From NCBI GenBank assembly GCA_035260845.1, contig DATFUL010000002.1:7033-71032 (forward strand): DNA of 64,000 nt, written 5' to 3'. The DNA comes from Patescibacteria group bacterium (lineage in GTDB: Bacteria > Patescibacteriota > Microgenomatia > UBA8517). Shown in pieces: positions 9,306-17,868 of the stretch. Numbering within the stretch: position 1 is the stretch's first letter; each line of letters starts with the position of its first letter. A program made the position numbers and the translations under genes. Under the pieces are notes generated by a model. That model ran no database searches and was not told where the DNA came from. It saw only the letters and a program-made list of their open reading frames with translations.

Positions 9306-9815
9306 GTGCCAGATTTGAAAAGAGCAAAAATGGAATTTTTACAACGGGGGCAAGTGCCGGCAGTTTTAGAGCTTTTCAACGATGTTGTTTTAGCTATTGA
9401 ACAAAAAGAGGGAGGAAGAAAACTGGAAAGAAGTGCTAAATTTTCTATTGAATTCTTGGGAGATATTGATAAAAACGATAATTTGTATGCAAACACGGTA
9501 AAATCCAGTTTCGTTCGTTTTTTACATGGCGAATCCGTAAATCAAATAGATGAACTTATAAAAAAGTTTACTGTAGAAATTCACGGTGATAGAACCAATG
9601 ATTCTTATGTTGAGTTTGGAATCTCAGTTTTTCCCGATAATACTTTTGGTTATTCATTTGGTGGTGCATATAATTATAGCGATAGAGCAACTAAAAAAAC
9701 TTTAGACAAAACAAATCTTGAGGTTTTTGCAGAAGATTTGGTAAGTGTTGTTACGAATAGAAAATATATGTATATAATATCACCAGGTCCTTATTTGGAC
9801 TTGAGTGGGCCGTAG
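9306..9815 (+). CDS. hypothetical protein
   Basis: 169-aa ORF with GTG start (alternative ATG at 9330). No recognisable motifs. A 73-aa ORF at 9085..9306 immediately upstream may be co-transcribed or spurious. Confidence 0.4.
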   Translation: MPDLKRAKMEFLQRGQVPAVLELFNDVVLAIEQKEGGRKLERSAKFSIEFLGDIDKNDNLYANTVKSSFVRFLHGESVNQIDELIKKFTVEIHGDRTNDSYVEFGISVFPDNTFGYSFGGAYNYSDRATKKTLDKTNLEVFAEDLVSVVTNRKYMYIISPGPYLDLSGP

Positions 9816-9910
9816 CCTATAAAAAATATTCACTTGTGAAAACACCTCCATATTGCACAGATCCCTTCACGCAGTAAGCTGACATTAGAGTAGTAATACT
9901 TTATCTGTCC

Positions 9911-10954
9911 ATGGAACAACACGCCATACCGCAAAACGTATCTTCGTACCAATTTAAGTTGGTTGGGGACATGACTCTTAAGCAATTTTTTCAACTCGCT
10001 GGTGGAATTTTGGTTGCAATTATTATTTACTCTCTACCACTTTTAGGAATTATTAAGTGGCCTTTTGCAATTCTTTCTGTTCTACTTGGTATTGGCCTTG
10101 CTTTCTTGCCACTTGAAGAACGGCCTTTAGAAAAATGGATATTTGCATTTTTTAGAGCTATTTATGCACCAACTATTTTTTCCTGGCAAAAAGCCGCAAC
10201 TCCTCCCAAATTTTTTCAGGACGAAAGCCCAACTAGTAGTACTCCACAGCAAGATTTGGCACTTAAAAGTTATTTGGGCACAACCGCTCAAGTATCGGGA
10301 GCGCTAGGAAACTTGGAAAAAGCTGAAAATGGATTTTTAGCAAAACTTACCGCACTCTTTTCTGGAATTGTTAATCCTACTCCCGCTACTCAAATTACCC
10401 CTGCCGCTACTCTTGTTCCGGAAAAATCAAAGGAGATGCAAATTCCGGAAACCCAGCCCATAAGAATTCAAGCTAATGCAACACATTTGGTGGTTGAAGA
10501 AAAACCAACTATTCAAACGGTTCAAAGTGAGCTTTCAACAAGCCAGGTTGCACCAATTATTGCAGGGAATGAGATGATTTCTACAAAACAAGCAATGTTT
10601 TCAATTGATGCGGCCCCTCCAAGCCCGCCCAGTCAACCCAATGTTGTAGTTGGCCAAATAGTTGATCAGGATAGGAAAATCGTAGAAGGCGCAATTATGG
10701 AAATTAGAGACTCAATGGGACGCCCAATAAGGGCCTTAAGAAGTAATCGAGCCGGACATTTTATTACGGTTACACAGCTAGATAATGGCCATTACGAAAT
10801 AATTACCGAGAAAGATGGTTATGAATTCGCTGCAGTTAGTTTTGACGCCAACGGCAACTTAATTCCGCCAATTTTGGTTCAAGGAAAACGAATTGCACCA
10901 ATAATTGAACCGGTACCTACCGGAATTGTTAAACCTGCATATTCTATTAACTAA
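9911..10954 (+). CDS. PrgI/VirB3-like membrane protein fused to a C-terminal CarboxypepD_reg-like beta-sandwich domain
   Basis: N-terminus MEQHAIPQNVSSYQFKLVGDMTLKQFFQLAGGILVAIIIYSLPLLGIIKWPFAILSVLLGIGLAFLPLEERPLEKWIFAFFRAI has the PrgI-family pattern: a short tail, the F-K-vG-lTlrQf segment and two TM helices. C-terminus VVGQIVDQDRKIVEGAIMEIRDSMGRPIRALRSNRAGHFITVTQLDNGHYEIITEKDGYEF resembles a carboxypeptidase-regulatory-like domain. It sits directly upstream of VirB4. Confidence 0.5.
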   Translation: MEQHAIPQNVSSYQFKLVGDMTLKQFFQLAGGILVAIIIYSLPLLGIIKWPFAILSVLLGIGLAFLPLEERPLEKWIFAFFRAIYAPTIFSWQKAATPPKFFQDESPTSSTPQQDLALKSYLGTTAQVSGALGNLEKAENGFLAKLTALFSGIVNPTPATQITPAATLVPEKSKEMQIPETQPIRIQANATHLVVEEKPTIQTVQSELSTSQVAPIIAGNEMISTKQAMFSIDAAPPSPPSQPNVVVGQIVDQDRKIVEGAIMEIRDSMGRPIRALRSNRAGHFITVTQLDNGHYEIITEKDGYEFAAVSFDANGNLIPPILVQGKRIAPIIEPVPTGIVKPAYSIN

Positions 10955-10956
10955 AC

Positions 10957-11661
10957 ATGAAGAATTCCTTAACATCTTTAAAAATCCCCAAAATTCCATA
11001 CCTGTCGGTTCCGGATGCACCAATCACTTCAACTACTCAAAGTCATTTACCCATAGCTGACGTCACAAACGACATTGTTATCTATAAAGACGGTGGGGCG
11101 GCGCTTGTTATGGAGTCGACTTCTTTAAACTTTGGACTCTTAAGCGAAAAGGAACAGGCTGCTGTTATTGCCGCCTATGCTGCAATGATTAATTCTCTTT
11201 CTTTTTCTATACAAATTATGGTTCGCACCCAAAGGAAAGATATAAGTAACTATATAACCTACATTGACGAAGAAGCTAAAAAATTAACTCACCCACTACT
11301 ACAAAAGCTTATGGGTGAATACAGGGCCTTTATAATGGACTCGGTTAAAAAGAAAAATGTTCTTGGAAAAAGATTTTATGTGGTTCTTTACCTATCGCCT
11401 CTTGAGCTTGGGGTTGGCAAATCAATTGCGGCAGTCACCAAACGCGGAATCACTCTCCCCTTTACCAAGTCTTACGTAATCAAAAAAGCCAAAATCACTC
11501 TTTATCCAAGACGCGATCATTTAATGCGCCAGGCTGGCCGACTTGGAATTAAATTTAGACAACTTACAACTCGTGAGTTAACTGATTTGTTTTATTCAAT
11601 CTATAACCCCGAGCATCCAGCGGTTAAAAAAGAGCCAGAAGTGATTCTTGAACACAAATGA
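10957..11661 (+). CDS. VirB4/TrbE/PrgJ-family ATPase, N-terminal domain fragment (split gene, part 1)
   Basis: 234 aa. IADVTNDIVIYKDGGAALVMESTSLNFGLLSEKEQAAVIAAYAAMINSLSFSIQIMVRT matches the N-terminal CagE/TrbE/VirB4 domain. The stop overlaps the next ORF start as ATGA. Confidence 0.6.
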   Translation: MKNSLTSLKIPKIPYLSVPDAPITSTTQSHLPIADVTNDIVIYKDGGAALVMESTSLNFGLLSEKEQAAVIAAYAAMINSLSFSIQIMVRTQRKDISNYITYIDEEAKKLTHPLLQKLMGEYRAFIMDSVKKKNVLGKRFYVVLYLSPLELGVGKSIAAVTKRGITLPFTKSYVIKKAKITLYPRRDHLMRQAGRLGIKFRQLTTRELTDLFYSIYNPEHPAVKKEPEVILEHK

Positions 11662-13463
11662 AACCAGACCAACCAACTAACCAACCGACAGTTCAACAAC
11701 AAGGCAAACCTAAAATCGGAAGTCCAAATATCGCTGTTTCCCAAGGATTAAACGTACTGGATGTTGTTGCCCCGCAATCCATCGAGGAAGATTTTGACTA
11801 TTTTAAAATAAACGACGTTTATTTTAGAACAATTTTTATTGGCGGCTATCCAAGATTTGTGGCCCCGGGTTGGCTTGAACCAGTTGTTAATTTTGATTCC
11901 TCCTTAGACATTTCTTTTTACGTTTATCCGGTTGACGGTAAAACCGTGCTTGATGACCTGAGACGCAAAATTGCAGAAATGGAGGCCGAGCTTTCGACCG
12001 ACATTGAGCGCGGCAGAATTGTTGACCCCTCAACTCAAGCAAAACTGGAAGACGCCAGAAATTTGCAAGAACAACTTGTTAAGGGAATCGAAAGATTTTA
12101 TGAATTTAGTTTCTACATTACAATCCCAGCAAATTCAGTTGAAGAACTAAACCATGTAACCAAGCAGATTGAGTCACAACTTGGTTCACTTTTAATTGTT
12201 AGTAAGCATGCGCTACTCGACCAAGAATCCGGGTTTTTGTCCACTGCCCCATTTGGAATAGACAGGCTAAACATTACAAGAAACATGGATACAACCTCTG
12301 TTGCCACAACTTTTCCATTAACTTCAACTGAACTATCTAGTGACCGCGGGGTTCTTTACGGAATAAATTCACAAAATGAATCTTTTATTATTTTTGACCG
12401 TTTTTCTTTGGAAAACGCAAATATGACTATTTTTGCTACAAGCGGTGCCGGAAAATCTTACTTTGTTAAACTCGAAGCCGTTCGTTCTTTAATGACTGGA
12501 ACAGAAGTAATAATAATTGACCCGGAAAGTGAATATAAACCCTTAGCACAGGCTGTTGGGGGTGAATATATTTCTTTTTCCTTTAATTCCCCTGCCAAAA
12601 TTAATCCGTTTGATTTAGCTCAAATTAGAGAAGAGGGTGAAAACCAGCTTGGACAAAAGATTCTTTCACTCCATTCTCTAATGAAGGTTATTATGGGAAC
12701 AATCTCCCCCACCCAAGAGGCCTTACTTGACCGTGCACTTGTCATGACTTACAGGAACAAAGGCATAACCATGGATCCAGACACCCAGGGCAAAGAACCG
12801 CCCCTAATGGAAGACTTGTATAAAACTTTAATTGGCATGGAAGTACCAGATGCTTTGGACCTTGCAGCAAGAATTGAAAAATTTGTCAGAGGTTCGTTTG
12901 TTGGTATTTTTGATAAACAAACAAACATAAACATCACAAATCCGTTTACTGTTTTTTCGGTTAAAGATTTGCAGGATGTTCTAAGGCCCATCGCCATGTT
13001 TATAATCCTAGACTACATTTGGACGAGAGTTAAAAAAGACCTCAAGAAACGCATCTTAATCGCCGAGGAGGCCTGGCAAATGATGAAGTACCCAGATACA
13101 GCCCAATTTTTATGGAGTGTCGTTAAAAGGGCTAGGAAATATTATTTAGGTTTAACAACGATTACTCAGGATGTGGAAGACTTTTTGGGCCAAGATATTG
13201 GTAAAGCAATTGTCACCAACAGTGCCATGCAGGTGCTTCTTAAACAGTCCCCAGCTGCAATCGATAAAATCGGGGAAATATTTTACTTAAGCCAGGGGGA
13301 AAAACAGTTACTCTTAGCAGCAAACGTTGGTGAGGGAATATTTTTTGCAGGCCCGCACCATGCTCCAATTAGGGTTGTTGCATCTGAGGATGAAAACAAA
13401 CTAATTACAACCAAACCACAAGAAATTGCAAAGATAAGTCCAAACGCATATGAAGCAAAATAA
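11658..13463 (+). CDS. VirB4/TrbE/PrgJ-family T4SS ATPase, C-terminal ATPase domain (split gene, part 2)
   Basis: 601 aa. Walker A MTIFATSGAGKSYFVKLE. Walker B/DEAW-type RILIAEEAWQMMKY. Conserved GLTTITQ and sensor region typical of the VirB4 C-terminal domain. Confidence 0.85.
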   Translation: MKPDQPTNQPTVQQQGKPKIGSPNIAVSQGLNVLDVVAPQSIEEDFDYFKINDVYFRTIFIGGYPRFVAPGWLEPVVNFDSSLDISFYVYPVDGKTVLDDLRRKIAEMEAELSTDIERGRIVDPSTQAKLEDARNLQEQLVKGIERFYEFSFYITIPANSVEELNHVTKQIESQLGSLLIVSKHALLDQESGFLSTAPFGIDRLNITRNMDTTSVATTFPLTSTELSSDRGVLYGINSQNESFIIFDRFSLENANMTIFATSGAGKSYFVKLEAVRSLMTGTEVIIIDPESEYKPLAQAVGGEYISFSFNSPAKINPFDLAQIREEGENQLGQKILSLHSLMKVIMGTISPTQEALLDRALVMTYRNKGITMDPDTQGKEPPLMEDLYKTLIGMEVPDALDLAARIEKFVRGSFVGIFDKQTNINITNPFTVFSVKDLQDVLRPIAMFIILDYIWTRVKKDLKKRILIAEEAWQMMKYPDTAQFLWSVVKRARKYYLGLTTITQDVEDFLGQDIGKAIVTNSAMQVLLKQSPAAIDKIGEIFYLSQGEKQLLLAANVGEGIFFAGPHHAPIRVVASEDENKLITTKPQEIAKISPNAYEAK

Positions 13464-15975
13464 AAATCCGCCTTCGGACTTTAATTTTCAAAAAACCACA
13501 GAGTTAATTGAGGCTCTACAGATAATGCTGCCCAAAAAGCTTGGCCTAAGTGATGTTTTGGCAAAAAAAACTCTTAAAACAGATTATTTTTCTTGGAAAA
13601 ACCCCGAACAACTAGAAAAATATACTCTCGAAGTAACGGGTGAGGACAATATTAAATATGCCGAAAGACGTCTAGTTCAGTGGCAAGAAGAGCTTGCTGA
13701 AACTTCCGCAAAAATCGTTGAGCCGCCAAAGACTGTTGTCGAAGCCAGTCTTCCCAATAAAGGTTTAAGAGAACAGCAACAAGCAGATGTAGAAAGGGCT
13801 GAGGCGCAAACTATCGAAAGAGAAGAAAGAATTGGAGTCAAACTCCAAGCCGAACTTGATGCCAAAGTAAAAGCCGCTGCTAACGCAAAAATAATAAGGG
13901 AGTTTAAAGAATCAGTTAAAAATAAAAATGTTTACGCAAAAGTTAAAGAGGCTAACGAGTCCCTACTTAGCCAAGATGACGAAGTTAAAATTAACAATTT
14001 AAAGTCAGAGGCAAAAATAGATCCAGACGGCTTAACAGCACAGGTTGCAGCCGATATAAAAAGCCGCCTTGAACAAGTTGGTGTTCAGGGAGATATAGAT
14101 GGTGCATCGGAATTAACTGCTCAAAATATGGTAGCCGTTTTGGGAGGAAATTCCCCACTAATCGAAGCCGTTATTGCTAAACAGTCAGTTGATAAAGGAA
14201 TGCTTGGGGCTGCGGGAGAGTTTGGGGCCGCACAAAATATAGTTAAAGATTATTCACAGTATCAAGTTGAGAGTTTTATGTTTAGTAAAAACATTGCTGA
14301 AGTCGCTTTCGGTAAAGATGGTAAGGGAATTACGGATCGAATTTTTTCTACTCCTGAATCTATACAAGTTGCAAATATTCCCACCGAAGGCTTTACCCCG
14401 TATGCAGTATCAAAACTAATCAACTCTGAGCCTACAGTCATAGTAAACACTTCTGATTTAGGAACCGGATCTAGTCAGCCAATTTTTATTAATCGTGTAA
14501 GTAGACCGCATTTTGAAGCAAGTTCTCGCCAAACAGACAGATTCGATTTTAGATCCCAAATGTCTTCTTTTAAACCTAGTCCGAGCACCAAGTCCGTAAA
14601 CATAAATGCTCAGAAAATTGGCACACCAAAGATTTCTATTTCAACGGCTCCACTAAGACAGGCTGCTTCTGGAATAACAAAGGTTTTTGCTGATCTTTTT
14701 TCTAAAGGCAAAATTGCAATTAAAGGCTTGGAAAATAGCCAAGGAGGGTTAATTGTTGGTGGAATTGCCGTGGCGGTTGCAGGAATAACTTCGGGTAGTG
14801 CACTTTTAACATCGGTTGGCTTTGGTAGTACTGCTGCCGGTTTTGTTGTAAATCCCGGTAGAGCTCTTAGTGGATCCGCTTTTGGCAATGTTGTTGCACC
14901 AATCTTGGGATTCTTTCATTCGGTTATGAATTTTGTACTTGAAGGGATTGTTCTACCTATCATCCTAGCTGTTCTTTGTGTTCCACTTTTAATAGCACTT
15001 TTTCTTTTTATAATAAATTCGGGTGCCTTAATTGTTCCACCCGGTCAGTCAACTTTAAGTAGCACAAATCCATACATCGAGGTTCGAAAGGTTCCTAACC
15101 CCGGAGGCCAACTTGGGTCGCCGCAAGCAATAACCTATACAATTACAGTCACCGCAAAAAAGGATCTTCTTACTAGGATAAGTTTTAAAACAGATTGCAA
15201 AGCAATCAAAAAAAGTGGCCCTAGTATTGATTGTAGTTCGCTTGAAAAAATTGCTACATCAACAGCCTCGATTGCACCCGGATCACCTTTTTCTTTCAAC
15301 TTTACATCAAACTACGATGCTAAATATCAAGATTCTCTTGTTTCAGACACTATCACAGTTTCTGCAGAGTCTAACGAGGGTGGAAAACTTTCGGAAACAG
15401 GCTCTGCATCGGTTTGTTTTGGAAAATGCCCTCTAAATTGTTTTGATTTTTCCAGCCCGACCTGGAGCTCTGTGCCTAATTTACAATCAAACCTAACCCA
15501 AGCCGCCGCCCAACTTGCATCTCAATACCCAAACTTTGCAGCCAAGGTTTGTGGAGGCGGAACGGTTAAACTTTGTTACACTACAAGTAATCCGACTCCT
15601 GTGGGTAAAGCTGGTATCTGCAATCAAGCAACTTACGCCAAAGATGTGGAACAAAAAGATTGTAATATCAACTTCAATCAGTGTGGAATTAAGTCGACCA
15701 GTGATGCACTGTTTATACTTACGCACGAAACAACTCACCATATTCAAATAATCAATAAAGGGTCTGAGAGGTTGTTTGAACAAAACGTACCACAATCAGA
15801 ATGGCCAATCTGCACATACGGCCTCACTGGAAGTAATCCTTATGAAAGTCAAGCTGAGGGAGATGCTTTGTTTGTGAATCAACACCCATCGTGGGCTTCA
15901 TCTTGTGTTACAAATTACGCAGTACAATACCCTAAACATTACAATTTTGCAAAGAATGTAATGTTTGGACCATAA
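13450..15975 (+). CDS. large T4SS-associated membrane protein (PrgK/TcpG position) with C-terminal HExxH metallopeptidase-like motif
   Basis: 841 aa. N-terminal roughly 440 aa is charged and coiled-coil-like (QQQADVERAEAQTIEREERIGVKLQAELDAKVKAAANAKI). A TM cluster follows (GGIAVAVAGITSG...VLPIILAVLCVPLLIALFLFIINS). C-terminal Cys-rich domain contains LTHETTHHIQ (HExxH) at about nt 15724-15738. Function is inferred from synteny with Gram-positive T4SS hydrolase genes. Confidence 0.45.
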   Translation: MKQNKNPPSDFNFQKTTELIEALQIMLPKKLGLSDVLAKKTLKTDYFSWKNPEQLEKYTLEVTGEDNIKYAERRLVQWQEELAETSAKIVEPPKTVVEASLPNKGLREQQQADVERAEAQTIEREERIGVKLQAELDAKVKAAANAKIIREFKESVKNKNVYAKVKEANESLLSQDDEVKINNLKSEAKIDPDGLTAQVAADIKSRLEQVGVQGDIDGASELTAQNMVAVLGGNSPLIEAVIAKQSVDKGMLGAAGEFGAAQNIVKDYSQYQVESFMFSKNIAEVAFGKDGKGITDRIFSTPESIQVANIPTEGFTPYAVSKLINSEPTVIVNTSDLGTGSSQPIFINRVSRPHFEASSRQTDRFDFRSQMSSFKPSPSTKSVNINAQKIGTPKISISTAPLRQAASGITKVFADLFSKGKIAIKGLENSQGGLIVGGIAVAVAGITSGSALLTSVGFGSTAAGFVVNPGRALSGSAFGNVVAPILGFFHSVMNFVLEGIVLPIILAVLCVPLLIALFLFIINSGALIVPPGQSTLSSTNPYIEVRKVPNPGGQLGSPQAITYTITVTAKKDLLTRISFKTDCKAIKKSGPSIDCSSLEKIATSTASIAPGSPFSFNFTSNYDAKYQDSLVSDTITVSAESNEGGKLSETGSASVCFGKCPLNCFDFSSPTWSSVPNLQSNLTQAAAQLASQYPNFAAKVCGGGTVKLCYTTSNPTPVGKAGICNQATYAKDVEQKDCNINFNQCGIKSTSDALFILTHETTHHIQIINKGSERLFEQNVPQSEWPICTYGLTGSNPYESQAEGDALFVNQHPSWASSCVTNYAVQYPKHYNFAKNVMFGP

Positions 15976-15984
15976 TATAGTTAA

Positions 15985-16569
15985 ATGAAAAAATTAACAG
16001 GTTTCATAAAAAAATATTGGATATTAATCATGTTGGTCTTAGCAGGAATTCTTTATGTAATTAACTTTTTTTTAAAAGGTCCAATCTCACCAGTAACACC
16101 AACTCCTACACCAATTAATAAAATCGCAGCATTTGGTTCGCTTATTCCTGGTGTAAGTAATGAAAACGATGTTTTGAATGTTTTAGGCCGTCCGATTGAC
16201 ACAAAAACTGAAAATGGACTAGTAACTTCTCAATATAAATCTACCAATCAGTACAGATTTAACAAAGTAATTTTCACAAATGGTACAACTAAATTAATAA
16301 AGGAGATTGTCAATTCAAACGATAACAAAGACGCGAGTTCAATAACTAGTATTTACGGGGCGCCCCAATACACACTTTATGAAAAATTATCGAACAGTGT
16401 TTTTAATTTATACGTATATCCCCAAAATGGGATAGCTTATCTTGGTGCAACAGATGGGACACTAAAAGAGATTTGGTATTTCGAACCCACTACGATAGAC
16501 AACTTCATCAAAGATTGGGGGCAGGATTTTGCAACAACTCCGGTTGGTGAAAAAGACAGTGCTTATTAA
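15985..16569 (+). CDS. small bitopic membrane protein (PrgL/VirB8-like position)
   Basis: 194 aa with one N-terminal TM (YWILIMLVLAGILYVINFFL) then a soluble domain. It is the last gene of the VirB4 operon. Assignment is by size, topology and synteny only. Confidence 0.35.
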   Translation: MKKLTGFIKKYWILIMLVLAGILYVINFFLKGPISPVTPTPTPINKIAAFGSLIPGVSNENDVLNVLGRPIDTKTENGLVTSQYKSTNQYRFNKVIFTNGTTKLIKEIVNSNDNKDASSITSIYGAPQYTLYEKLSNSVFNLYVYPQNGIAYLGATDGTLKEIWYFEPTTIDNFIKDWGQDFATTPVGEKDSAY

Positions 16570-17678
16570 GATTGAACTCTAACTGGCATTATCAAGTGAA
16601 GATAATTTGAATCCGAAGAATCTGTAAACACCCCTGCTTTATCGGTTGTAGTAAATTCCATTTTTACTTCCTCACCACTTACAGAGTGCAAAAATTCCTC
16701 AAGAAATCGGTAATTAAAAGCAATTTCAAAATCTTTCACCTCTCCGTCAATTTTAGCCTCGACCTGAGTCTCCTGACTACCCGAGTTGCTGCTTTCCGCA
16801 AAAACTTTCACGGAATTCTTATCTAATTTGAGTTTTACAACATTTGCCGCTTCCCTAGCGAATATTGAGGCTAGTTTTACCGCTCTTAAGAACTCCTCTT
16901 TGTCTAATCTAACTGTGATTGTTGAACTTTTGGGTATAATCTTTTCAAAATCTGGGTACTCTCCTTCCAGAAGTCTCGAAGAAAGAACAATGTCACCTAG
17001 TCCAAAAATAACTTGTTTTTCTTTCTCTTGTATCTCAAATTGGAATTCTGAAACGTCTTCCAAAGATCTTCCAAGCTCCCCAAGTACCCCTTTAGGAATT
17101 ACAATTTTCTGCTCCACCAGGTCTTTTTTATTTTTTAAGGCTATTTTCTTTCTTGATAGCCTAAAGCCGTCGGTTGCAACAATAGTTAATCCTTCTTTAT
17201 CCAAAACAAAAAGGACTCCTGTTAAAACCGGCCTTGTTTCATCTGCACTTGCAGCAAAAACTACTTGAGAAAGTGATTCCAATATTTCTTTTTTAGGCAA
17301 ACTTAAAGGTTTTACAACTGATTCCGGTATTTTTGGGAAGTCGGTTGCATTCATTCCTAATACTTTTGATGTAAAACCAGATGTTTCAATTTTAAGTTGT
17401 TCTTTTTCTGATTCCAAAGTTACATTTTCTTTTGGAAGATTACTCACAAGTTCAGATATTACTTTTGAGGGAATGCTTATCTCCCCTTCACTTTCTATTT
17501 TTGCGCCTATTTGTATTAGAACTGATATTTCAAGATTTGTTGAACTTATGTTGAGTTTTGTTTTTGTAGCTTTTAGTAGAATGTTTCCGAGTATTGGTAA
17601 TTGAGATCTTGTACTGGCAAACCTTGAAGCTTGAGTTATCGCTTTTGTTAAATTTTCCTGTAAAACCGTTAATTTCAT
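16566..17678 (-). CDS. dnaN: DNA polymerase III beta sliding clamp
   Basis: 370 aa. MKLTVLQENLTKAITQASRFASTRSQLPILGNILLKA... has three-domain length and pattern. Position is immediately downstream of dnaA. Confidence 0.9.
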   Translation of the reverse strand: MKLTVLQENLTKAITQASRFASTRSQLPILGNILLKATKTKLNISSTNLEISVLIQIGAKIESEGEISIPSKVISELVSNLPKENVTLESEKEQLKIETSGFTSKVLGMNATDFPKIPESVVKPLSLPKKEILESLSQVVFAASADETRPVLTGVLFVLDKEGLTIVATDGFRLSRKKIALKNKKDLVEQKIVIPKGVLGELGRSLEDVSEFQFEIQEKEKQVIFGLGDIVLSSRLLEGEYPDFEKIIPKSSTITVRLDKEEFLRAVKLASIFAREAANVVKLKLDKNSVKVFAESSNSGSQETQVEAKIDGEVKDFEIAFNYRFLEEFLHSVSGEEVKMEFTTTDKAGVFTDSSDSNYLHLIMPVRVQS

Positions 17679-17868
17679 ATTGTGTTAGTTATTATATATT
17701 AACTAGTAGTACTAGTAGTAGAGACGGTTGATAAGTTTATAAAACTCACTGTTTGGGTTTACCTTTCGGATAATATTAGTGTTGATACTAGCCTCAGTAA
17801 ATTGTTCATAACTTTGTGTATAAATATACGCAATCTGTTGATAAGTGCATAAGTATCTAAAATTATCC
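17679..17868. promoter_or_regulatory. dnaA-dnaN intergenic region with degenerate DnaA boxes and AT-rich stretch; candidate oriC / DNA unwinding element
   Basis: AGTGCATAA (about 17844-17852; 8/9 to TGTGNATAA). TTATCCTCA (about 17862-17870; 8/9 to TTATCCACA). GGATAAT (about 17768). Tandem ACTAGTAGT repeats and an AT-rich run TTATTATATATTAACTAG. Confidence 0.5.

Noticed and set aside
16786-17268. 160-aa ORF antisense within dnaN; likewise 17876..18106, 18560..18829, 18639..18962 and 18992..19330 inside or across dnaA
   Set aside because: They overlap strongly supported dnaN/dnaA genes. They have no motifs and are Ser/Leu-rich antisense artefacts.
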